A stretch of 40,477 bases of DNA. It comes from Hydrurus foetidus. Taxonomy: Eukaryota. Both the position numbers and the translations under genes were made by a program. Shown here piece after piece: positions 28,881 to 38,816 of this stretch (its first letter is position 1; each line of letters begins with the position of its first letter). The stretch covers positions 124,001 through 164,477 of the forward strand of contig UYFQ01000083.1 of NCBI GenBank assembly GCA_900617105.1, read 5' to 3'. The notes under the pieces are model-generated. The model was not told the DNA's origin. It was given only the letters and a program-made list of their open reading frames with translations, and searched no databases.

Positions 28881-31174
28881 TTAAATTTGGCAGACAACGA
28901 ACATTCTTTTGAAAGGGAACAGCGTTAGGAACTTTCCAGTGCGGTAACTATTGTTCTGCACGTTTGATACTGGATACGCATCTTTTATCAATCGCTCGTA
29001 TTCCTTCAAGAATCTTCTGCCATTTGCACTGTTGATTAAGAGTGCCAGTGAAACGTGAGGGACTGCGATATTATAGTTCTACGCGGATCAGATGAGGTAT
29101 TTCTAATATAGACTAGACTACAAGTAATGTGATCGATAGCGCTCATTTTACAGTTTTGAAACAGATTTTATTCACATTATGGCCATTTTAGCCTATGTCA
29201 TAAAGCTGGGTTAAATATTAATCATGGCGCTATCAACGAGAAAAAGGAAAAAGGACTGAAAAAAATACTTCTGCAATAAAAGAAATGAGTGATATGACAG
29301 CACTGCTGTGAGCGGTATAGCGTACCTGTCCTCGCCTCCCAGGGCTAACAGTATTGGTTGTAATCCAGTTGCTTTCGTGTATTCGAGAACGGGATGTACG
29401 GGCTGTGAGCGTACGTTCGGACGGGAGGGATTGGAATTGTGGGAGAATTAGATGTCAAGACATTTTTGAATGTACAGCTGTATTTGCTGTGAAGTAATAG
29501 GTGCAGAAGTCAGAAGAGAGTTTGTGTTATCTTCGATAGATGACATTGTTTCTTCTCTATTTCTTTACCTGTTTTGCAGTACCGCCATGCGGCAACTGCT
29601 GAAGATATTCAGTTGTCCAAATGTCTACATCCTTACTCAAAGGTGTCAGCATTTTATGATACCTGTTGTAACGTGCGATCTAATGAGATGAGGGTAACGG
29701 TGTATCGAGATGAAGGAGAGAAGGCTACGGAGTGGTGAGATTGTAGTGAGAAGGTTGTGTGCTATGAGTTGTTCTAAAGACAGAAGGAAAATGGATTTGA
29801 TAAAGAAAAAAAATAGTAACAAGAATTATTCATTTCTCGTTGTGTGCCATTATATGCGAGCAGGGAAAAAATGACATTCATAAAAAAGGACGAGGAAGTC
29901 GTTCGTCTGATGGGCATTTTACGACTGAAGTCATATCATTATTACTTGTAAGTCAGACTGCCCATAATGTCATCTCGACTAAAAACGAAGTTGGCATTGT
30001 TAGGACAGCTCTAAACAGTTTATGTCCCAAAGATTCGGCACTCACGTTCATCAAATTAATATTGAGCTGCGAGGAATTTGACTACTTTGGTATCTGCATA
30101 TTTGACACAGTTATCATTCTAGACTTCCATATTTTCATAATTGAACTCACTCTCTGGTGTTACTAAGGGACAGTGTAACGACAAATCGAAATATTATACG
30201 GTTTTGCAGCGGGATAAAGATGTAACATTTAGATAAGTTAGGGACTGACCAAGATGGCTCGAAGTCTATCTTAGGAACCTTTACGTTAGCTATCATATCA
30301 ACTAGACCACTTCGAAGAGCAGCTGCGTTAGAAAAATGACAGGATGCTGTCAGCTGGCAGGAAAATGCAATTTAGGGGAGTTTTTATAATGCATGTGGTG
30401 TATAACATGAAAATCGGAAAAGTGACACTACGGCATTTCACAATAAATGCAGAAAGTGAGCAGAATGCATGTAAGATTATTGATTGACAAAGCAGCTAAC
30501 CTGTCTCCATCAGTAGGTGAGATTGCTGATTCTTTGTGTCAGGCATTTGAACTGCCAAAATGCTGTTGTTTTTCTTCAAAACGTTTTTTATGATTTGTGG
30601 AAAGAGAACTGCATGATAGGAAGTTGGAATCCAGTGCAATGTCGCATTACTGTAAACAAGATCGTATTTCTGGGATTGATTTGTGAAAACATAGTTTTCG
30701 ATCGTATCTAATTTAAAGTCAACTCTGTTTGCGAGTTTGGGATCACTGGAGTAATTTTTGAATTCGTTTTGCGCAGCTTCGATCATGTGCGGAGAAGAGT
30801 CCACTCCAGTTATTTTGGCGTTCGGAAAGGCATGACAGAGATGTTTGGTGACATTGCCTGTTGTAGCACGATAAGAAGGTGAGAATCTAGTGCTGCAGCT
30901 AAAGTGGTGACGACGGGTGATATCAGTGTGGTGTCATTCAATTGCTTGTGAATGATGCCATCATTCTAGGCGATAATTCAGGAAAAGAGGATACTAGTCA
31001 TAAAAAGTTCATCTATTTACCTGGTCCACATCCTAGGTCTAAAATATGCTCTACGTCTGCGGCTTCTTTGCCAGGCGGCAAAGCCAATAGCGCAGATTTA
31101 AGTAAATCCAGAGCAGGCCGTATTCGTGGTGTGAGATTGCGGAGGTAAAGATTTGGGTTCCAAACAACGGCCAT
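28881..31174 (-). CDS. tam: Trans-aconitate 2-methyltransferase-like SAM-dependent methyltransferase (bacterial Tam type), about 300 aa
   Basis: Six exons (31174-31021, 30857-30501, 30322-30250, 29662-29569, 29402-29326, 29028-28881) total 903 nt in frame. Motifs WNPNLYL..RIRPALDLL, LDLGCGPGN, GVDSSPHMI, YSNATLHW, LAVQMPD, VDIWTTEY, ATGLQP, FLKEYERLIKDAYP, LFPFKRMFVV are colinear with E. coli-type Tam. Confidence 0.85.
29135..29231 (-). ncRNA. 97-bp intronic element, copy 2 (tam intron 5): candidate variant C/D-box snoRNA or MITE
   Basis: Near-identical to 20858-20954 and again sense to the host gene. Here the terminal stem extends to 8 bp (GATAGCGC/GCGCTATC, the latter ending at 29234). Confidence 0.4.
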
Positions 31175-31368
31175 CACACTATGGCACCGGGAATCGACGG
31201 GTTTCTTCACAGCCTCGAGGGGTCGTAGCACATGCGGGAGAACTTGTGAAACAACTACCAAGGAGCGGCTGTTGATCTCTCGAGCCTCGAGTCGGAAGTC
31301 AGCTGATCACAGGATCCCGGGGTTGTATTTTCATAACCAGACGTTTTCCGACCTGCAGGGGTTGCAGG

Positions 31369-31460
31369 TATGGCGTGCCAAACGATTCAAAAAGAAATCT
31401 CCCCCTGGGATTTAAAAAATCCCCCCGGGATTTCCGTCTTGGAGAATTTTCTAATTTCTG
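31369..31460 (+). repeat. Left terminal inverted repeat (92 bp)
   Basis: tatggcgtgccaaacgattcaaaaagaaatctccccctggga...ttctaatttctg is the reverse complement of 36781-36873. Confidence 0.95.
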
Positions 31461-31582
31461 GGCCCCACTTTGAGAACCCGCTCTGCCTAGACTTCTTCTT
31501 GAACAATACTGTAATCATGAACAAAGTGTCACGCTAATTACTACATCTGAGATATCAACGTTTCCTCACATTTCATAGAAAA

Positions 31583-32787
31583 ATGAACGACTTTCGTCAT
31601 GGCAAATGCGTTAGGGTTGGCCACTGCGCCAAGAACTGTCAGCGATTCCAGAACGACGGTGAATTGATGATGTGTGATTTTTGCGGTCACAACATCAGTG
31701 AACACATCATAGTAGCGGTAGAAGTTCTTATGAAAGGACTCCAAATTCTACCAAAGGAAAATGTGGTCAGTCATGACGCTCTTGAACTGAGTGAGAGAAA
31801 GCGACTCTTCACGAAGTCTAAAGTGACTGGTGATGAGATATCAAAGCCAAAAGTTTCAGGTTTGATGATCGAGTGATTTTTTTTTTGATTTTTACATCTG
31901 GGTAACAATGGTTAAAATTTTATATATCTAATTTGTCATTTCCATATTTTGACGTATTTGCAGAATTCAAAATAGAAAGGAAGCAATCTGCTTCATCCAT
32001 TCTGACCTGCAAATCCTTACCTGTGAGCAGTAAGTCTTCTGTTCTTCCTGAAAAAAGCGCTAGATTGTTGAAAAACACACATGTTGACTTCATTTTCGTG
32101 GATGCTGCTGACAAGCATGACAGAATGCCATTAGACACAGTTGACGTTGATGCAATGAAGATGAAAGGCACTTACTTTGCAAGTGAGAGGTTCACAAGTG
32201 AGGAGCAGTTTGTGGACTTCATTGAATCCAATACCGTTTTTGGCGCTTTCCTGTCGAAGAACTTTTTCCTCTATACCATCGCCAGGCAGTTCACCGGGAA
32301 GCTAAAACCCACCAGTTTTCATAAAAGAAACTTTCCAACTGACTCTTCGATGGTTGCCATCTGTCAGACCCGTTACTTGGTGATAAGTCCGAATCCCAAA
32401 GACCTAGAGGAGAAGAAAGCACACTTTTCTAGTACAAGGTTAAACGGTGTCACTTCAATTGATATTGATGATGAACCGTCATCTGATGGTGAAAACTATG
32501 CTAAAGAAGTCGATGAGTCTTTTCTCGATAACAAAAAGCTAAAGTATGAAACAGATGAGGACGAGGCTGTGAAGCATTCCACACCAGGAAATAATGGTGT
32601 CAGCTGTTCATTTAGAAAGAGATCCTTCTCGGAGGATAGCGACTCCGAAGATCCATCACACTATCCGAATGGTTACAAGACATCTTCCTATGTATCTTCC
32701 TATGAAAGAGATTCAAGCGCACCTGACTCCAGATCCAGATCCAGCTCCAACAGCAAATCTAGAAAGATGACTGATGATAAGAATTGA
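31583..32787 (+). CDS. Transposon accessory protein with an N-terminal Cys/His Zn-finger-like motif, about 366 aa
   Basis: Exons 31583-31859 and 31964-32787 (GT-AG, phase 1) join in frame. N-terminal motif C-x5-C-x3-C-x2-F-x8-C-x2-CGH-x4-H, a central globular segment, and an acidic/Ser-rich tail. Confidence 0.7.
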
Positions 32788-33028
32788 AAATATTTTAAGT
32801 TGCATTCTATGTCTTAATTCTATTTTTTTCCGCTTTCACACACCGAAGATACACATCTGCGTCGTTTCAAAAAATTACTAACTCACACATTCCTAGACTA
32901 CATAAACTTTCCATATAATTTGCCGATAAATAAGAAAATAAAAAGTTTTGAAAATGCAGTTTTGTTATATCAGTTAGTGCGCACGGAGCAAAAGTTAACG
33001 ATATACTTATTCAGTTCACTTTAAATGA

Positions 33029-34150
33029 CTAAGCTTGATTAGCAAGTAAATTCATAACCATTTGTAAAGCTTGGTAAAAACGGATAGATAATTCTGCATC
33101 GCGTACAGCCATAGACAAAGGGGGGGTTGTTTGTCTTAAAAGAAATATGTTATCTACATTCAATGGACATATTATTGCATCACACATAACCTGAGCATTA
33201 TTTTCTTCTATGTAATTGTCGTCTTCCTCAACTCCATAATTAATTAGATCTATAGGATCATCATAGTTAATTTTTGCATTATTAAGCAGAATGAGTTGGT
33301 TTGGTGTTTTATTGTTTTCTGTTCGTAGAGGATGATTATTCCAATATGCCTTAAAATCATTAAGGTCTTCTTGTATTCTAGGCATAAACATGTACTGTAG
33401 GGTAAAAATGTGAGTGGGGTTGTTTATATTAAGGCCTTCCCTTTCATAAGATGCGAACAAGGACATATAGAATTGTATTACCTTCCCCCGCACATCCCTC
33501 CACATTCTCTCAATTCTATTAATAATATGAAAAATAGATTAATGATGTAATGATGGGATAGTCATGTTCGTCTGATAGTAATTTCTATATTGAAACGACT
33601 CACTTGTGTACCTAGTATTAAATCTTGAAGAGCCTGTAAGGTATGATCCTCTTCCTACTCCTCTATGATGAATCATAAAGTCAGCCACTAGGACATTTTC
33701 TCCACCCATATCGCCTCGAACTCTAGAAGGTAGCATGTACTGCTCGACACCTTCCTTAAAAAGTTGCAGAACAACACTGCTCTTATTGTTATTTGCAAGA
33801 CCTTTCAACAAGCAAAAATATTTGATTATGATTATTGAAATTGATACAAAAATGTGAGGCTTACGTTTAAATGTAGCTGTACCTAAGTAAATTATTGTTC
33901 GCGAGAAGCCATCGACGCATCCATGAGTTATCATACCGTAACGAATTAGCTTATGATGTCCATCGTGATGCCATAGGTGATGTGGGCCAGCAACGTTGTA
34001 AACACGTCTATCAAAAATTAGAAAAAAAACAAGTATAGAGAGTGAGAGAGTACAACATAAAGTTGTAAGTGGTGAGTGGTAAATGGTGATGTGGTGAATG
34101 GTGATGATGATGATGATGGTGATAAATAAATAAAGTGAATGAAAATAAAT

Positions 34151-34193
<43 letters not shown>

Positions 34194-34242
34194 AAAAGTC
34201 AATCATCATCATCATCGATCATCATCATCGTCATCATCATCG

Positions 34243-34325
<83 letters not shown>

Positions 34326-34327
34326 GT

Positions 34328-34367
<40 letters not shown>

Positions 34368-35225
34368 GAATCAGTCAGTCATCATCAGTCAGTCAGATCA
34401 TGAGTGAATCATCATCATGTCATCGAGTCAGTGAGTGAGTGAGTGAGTGAGTGAGTGAGTGAGTGAGTGAGTGGATAAGTGAGTGAGTGAGTGAGTGAGT
34501 GAGTGAGTGAGTGAGTGAGTGAGTGAGTGAGTGAGTGAGTGAGTGAGTGAGTGAGTGAGTGAGTGAGTGAGTGTATGATCGATTGGGAATGTGAGCACAA
34601 CACATATTGAGTGAGTGAGTAGGTGAGCACATTACAGGGTGATTGAGAGAATGCATGAGTGAGTACAACACAAGTGAGTGATAGAATACAACACTTGGTG
34701 GGTGAGTGAGTGCAACACAAGGTAAGTGAGTGAGAGAATTAGTGCCTACCTCACTATTCGGCGACCAAATAAAGCTCTCCGATTTTCAAGACCGCCTTGG
34801 TCTACTCTCAGTATTGACGATCTTATTTGAGACCTCGTTACTGTATTTCCTTGTGTTGCCCTTACCATACCTGTTATCATTCTTTCACCTCTTTCCGGAT
34901 GACCGACAGTGTAGTCCTCTATGGCAGAGTCTAATATGTCCAAGTGGATGTCGCAATTTGCTGCCTGTTTTAAGGTATAAAATATTCATAAAATCGGTTA
35001 ATGGTACACTAATTGATAAAACTATAATTCATGATGATTAAAACAAAATATAAATTGTACCTCATAGTTGTTATCATCTCTCCAACGCTTCAGAGAGCTT
35101 TTTGATATTCCTAATAAATTAGATATATCTGTCCACTTCAAGCCCGATCTTCTCAGTACGTCAATCTCATCTTTTTCAATATCTCTTCTCGGTCTACCAA
35201 TAACCTGGTTCATCTGAGTCATCAT
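33029..35225 (-). CDS. IS3EU-like DDE transposase (HTH + integrase core), about 393 aa, five exons
   Basis: Exons 35225-35061, 34964-34750, 34007-33883, 33801-33612 and 33515-33029 total 1182 nt in frame. GRPR plus HTH (WTDISNLLGISKSSLKRW); YNVAGPHHLWHHDGHHKLIRYG..HGCVDGFSR; LPSRVRGDMGGEN; NTRIERMWRDV; WNNHPLRTENNKTPNQL. The D-D-E triad is intact. Confidence 0.9.
34100..34575. repeat. (CAT)n and (GAGT)n microsatellites within transposase intron 2
   Basis: catcatcat run at about 34155-34366 and gagtgagt run at about 34426-34573, both inside the intron 34749-34008. Confidence 0.95.
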
Positions 35226-35242
35226 TCAACATTAGGATGAAA

Positions 35243-35759
35243 AAAATATTTTAGATGATAAAAATATTTTAGATTTTTACTAACTATATTAGATGATGAT
35301 TTAATCTTAAGTTGGAATCATTTTATTTACCTATGAAAATCTTGATGTCTCTGTATTAAGTGTTTCAAACAATATACGCCCTGCCCTAGTCGTTGGCAAG
35401 TTTCCCTGTATAATGATGCAATTGGGTGAATTAGTTAGTAAATCAAAAATATTTTAGATGATAAAATATTTTAGATTTTTACTAACTATATTAGATGATG
35501 ATTTAATCTTAAGTTGGAATCATTTTATTTACCTATGAAAATCTTGATGTCTCTGTATTAAGTGTTTCAAACAATATACGCCCTGCCCTAGTCGTTGGCA
35601 AGTTTCCCTGTATAATGATGCAATTGGGTGAATTAGTTAGTAAATCAAAAACTATTTTAGATGATAAAAATATTTTAGATTTTTACTAACTATATTAGAT
35701 GATGATTTAATCTTAAGTTGGAATCATTTTATTTACCTATGAAAATCTTGATGTCTCTG
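35243..35759. repeat. 203-bp tandem repeat, about 2.5 near-identical copies, inside the transposon upstream of the transposase ATG
   Basis: The anchor gatgata recurs at 35254, 35457 and 35660. The third copy is truncated after cttgatgtctctg. Confidence 0.95.
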
Positions 35760-36780
35760 AAGTCGATTTCCGAAGCCGTTATATTTTTGACCTCTGTTAC
35801 AAATGTCCGTTTTTCACTTCTTGCAGTTGACCTTTTAGAAAGTAGGCATCAAGAGATGATGATGATTAGGTCGACGTGAAGTAATAAAAATTCGAAGAAA
35901 AAAAAAATGCAAGAGTTTGCCCTGTAAAATGATATAATTGGGTTAATCAAAAGTCATCAGAGCTCCGCAGGAATGACTCTTTTGAGGAGAATAGCTAAAG
36001 ACTGTATGCATCTAGACAAAAAAAAGTAATCTATCTGCATGCACAGCGTGTTGATGCATGCAAGATTCGCAATGTAGTGCGGACATCATGCAATCGCATG
36101 TCGACGAGAATCGTCATTCACGATGGGAGAGAATCCGTAATTCACCAACCTAATAGTAGAAATTAGCGTGTCAAATTAGAGTCCTCAATAGGAGAGAGGA
36201 AGTTTCATAGCATTACATTTATAGTAAGAAGATTTTTGCCTACCTATGATATGGCGTCAGATGACGGTGCCCCAGATCTTGATCAGGCAACGTCTTCGTC
36301 GCAAAATGAAGCTCTGCAGCGTAAGTTACAAATTGAAATGTCAGATAAAAGGTTCGGAGAAAAATCGACATCATCGATCAGAGCTAACGCGATTTGATGC
36401 ATTGACATCATGAATCATGCGTCGAAATCAGAACCTTATGAATTGACAGCCGGTTCTTGTCAGAATTTTCCCATAGAAAACCAACAGGATCGCTAGATCC
36501 GTTGTAGTCCTCAGCAACTGATGTTCCTGGTATCCTCGGATGGTACGTGAAGATTGGATGAGATGCCGTGAGGTTTCTTAATTGAAGGGGTACAAAGCCC
36601 AAAACTAATCAAATGCATCATGAAGCACAGCCACTCACCCGTCACTGTGTCTCTTGCAGATACTTGATCCGACGGCTTGAATCTTCAGGTCAAACCGCAT
36701 TCAGCGATTGTAAATTGTAGAAGTAGTGAGCAGTACCCAGATAGCATTTGATTTCCTGACGGTTTCAAATTCGAAGTTTT

Positions 36781-36873
36781 CAGAAATTAGAAAATTCTCG
36801 AAGACGGAAATCCCGGAGGGATTTTTAAAAATCCCAGGGGGAGATTTCTTTTTGAATCGTTTGGCACGCCATA
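36781..36873 (-). repeat. Right terminal inverted repeat (93 bp)
   Basis: Ends ...ttggcacgccata, followed by gcagg. Contains the perfect palindrome gggatttttaaaaatccc. Confidence 0.95.
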
Positions 36874-37201
36874 GCAGGATCGTCCGATCAAATCGCCACT
36901 CAAGTCCGGCTTTTTAAATCGCCACATCACGACATCTCCGGAGTTACTTATGACGGACGCAAATCAATTTTTACGTTTTCCTTTTTTTGCATCAAATCTT
37001 TTTTTTGTGGCGATAAATCGGTTGTGCCCTTATGACGCGGACAGTTTTTTAATTTATTTTTCTGTAGGCGACACCAGCGACATCCCCTTATGACGCTTAC
37101 AGAAATCATTTTTTGTGTTCTTTAGATCATAGAAGTACCAGATCTTCGCGACAATCTCAAATTTTTTCATCCATCAAAATAAGGAATCGATAAATTTGAA
37201 G

Positions 37202-38617
37202 ATGTCTTCCGACGATGAGAGCATTGACTTGATCAAACTTATCAGGGAATCGAATGAGTTTTATGAGAGGAGGAAAAAATTGCGCAAAGTTATTGAAGAA
37301 GAGGAGGAAGTGAGATTAGGACAACCATCTTTCTATAGGCATCGTAGATGGGAAGGCCGTCCACCTTACGATATGTCTTGCTGGGGTCGTATGTTGGTCA
37401 ATCCTAGAACGCAAGATCCTACAGATCGTAAGGGCGGTGTGTTATTTCGCAGGCGATTTCGGGTACCCTTCCCACTATTCCAAAGATTAACTGAGATGAC
37501 AAGAGCTAATGAATGGTTCAGCGAGGGAAATGATTGTGCTGGCGTTAAGGCTGCTCCTTTGGAGTTAAAAGTTCTTGGATTATTACGGGTTCTTGGTCGA
37601 GGTTACTGTTTCGATGGTATTGAGGAGCTTTCCTACATAAGTTCGGAGGTTAATCGCGTCTTCTTTCATAAGTGGTGTGAGTTGTTTTCCAGAAAGTACT
37701 TTGCTATTTACTGCAATCCTCCTGAATCAAAAGAAGAGATACAGAAGACTCTAGACGTTTACACCAAGTTAGGGTTACCTGGTTGTATAGGTAGCACTGA
37801 CTGTGTGCATATAAAATGGGAGCGTTGTTCGGCTGGGGATCGTGTACTTCACAAAGGGAAAGAAGGTTTTCCAACTATCTCCTATGAGGTAACTGTCGAT
37901 CACACTTCAAAGATTATAGCCGTGACGCATGGATTCCCTGGGACAAGGAGTGATAGGACTATTGTACGGTTTGATGGGTTCGTCACGGACATTCATAATG
38001 GAACCAAATATAATGAAGTTACTTACCCAATGTGTGATATTAAAGGAGTAGCGTATGAAGAGAAGGGTGCATGGTTGTTATGCGATAATGGATATCATAA
38101 GTGGAGATGTATGCAATGTCCTCTGAAACATTCAGCAATCCCTAGAGAAGCACTGTGGAGTGAGTGGGCAGAAACAGTGAGAAAAGATGTTGAGTGCGCT
38201 TTTGGTATACTCAAAGGTAGATTTCGTTGTTTAAAATTACCTATATATTATCACAATAAAGATCACATTGATAATATGTTTTATTCTTGCTGTATAATGC
38301 ATAACATGTTATTGCATTATGACGGATTAGATGTTAGATGGGAACAGAATGTTAATTATCTCAGCAATGATGGGCATCATTCTCATGAAGATATGATTAT
38401 CTTTAGGAAACATCTTAGTAGAGTACGTAATTTGACTCCTATAACCGACTTCACACTTATTGGAACTGCAGCTGTAATGGATCGTTTTAGAGTTGTACAT
38501 GGTGATAATGATGTTGAATTTGAATCATCCTATCTTAACTTACAAAAAAAATTAGTTGATCATTTTGCTTGGAAACATTCTATAAATGAAGTAAAGTGGC
38601 TTAAAAAGAAGTCATAG
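37202..38617 (+). CDS. PIF/Harbinger transposase (Plant_tran / DDE_Tnp_4-like), intronless, about 471 aa
   Basis: FRRRFRVPFPLF, LELKVLGLLRVLGRG, GLPGCIGSTDCVH, KGKEGFPT, FPGTRSD, LCDNGY, RKDVECAFGILKGRF, CCIMHNM. First ATG at 37202. Confidence 0.92.
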   Translation: MSSDDESIDLIKLIRESNEFYERRKKLRKVIEEEEEVRLGQPSFYRHRRWEGRPPYDMSCWGRMLVNPRTQDPTDRKGGVLFRRRFRVPFPLFQRLTEMTRANEWFSEGNDCAGVKAAPLELKVLGLLRVLGRGYCFDGIEELSYISSEVNRVFFHKWCELFSRKYFAIYCNPPESKEEIQKTLDVYTKLGLPGCIGSTDCVHIKWERCSAGDRVLHKGKEGFPTISYEVTVDHTSKIIAVTHGFPGTRSDRTIVRFDGFVTDIHNGTKYNEVTYPMCDIKGVAYEEKGAWLLCDNGYHKWRCMQCPLKHSAIPREALWSEWAETVRKDVECAFGILKGRFRCLKLPIYYHNKDHIDNMFYSCCIMHNMLLHYDGLDVRWEQNVNYLSNDGHHSHEDMIIFRKHLSRVRNLTPITDFTLIGTAAVMDRFRVVHGDNDVEFESSYLNLQKKLVDHFAWKHSINEVKWLKKKS

Positions 38618-38816
38618 CGTAGACAACAAACATAACTGTAATACTAAAATTTTTTTCCAAATTTATTTCTTTATCATTAATTTTCATCATTGAGTTTTAA
38701 TTTTTACCAGCGTTTTCCCTGTAAATATAACTTATTTAAACATAATAAATACATCAACGGACTTTTGAAAAAGAATGATATGTCAAAATGAAAAAAATTT
38801 AAGATATGGTAGGGGA

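Larger units (their letters stand above)
31369..36873. mobile_element. Complete IS3EU-like DNA transposon, 5,505 bp
   Basis: TIRs at 31369-31460 and 36781-36873 begin TATGGCGTGCC, are identical for the first 45 bp and differ at about 4 positions overall. GCAGG flanks both ends (31364-31368, 36874-36878). Two convergent genes inside, one an integrase-like DDE transposase. Confidence 0.9.

Noticed and set aside
29840..30166. 108-aa plus-strand ORF within tam intron 3
   Set aside because: Non-ATG start, no recognisable motifs, and antisense within an intron.
34011..34720. Poly-Met, poly-Asp, poly-His and THSL-repeat ORFs
   Set aside because: They are translations of (CAT)n and (GAGT)n microsatellites inside a transposase intron.
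35243..35759. Repeat array as a possible CRISPR
   Set aside because: The 203-bp units are contiguous with no unique spacers, no cas genes are present, and the context is eukaryotic.
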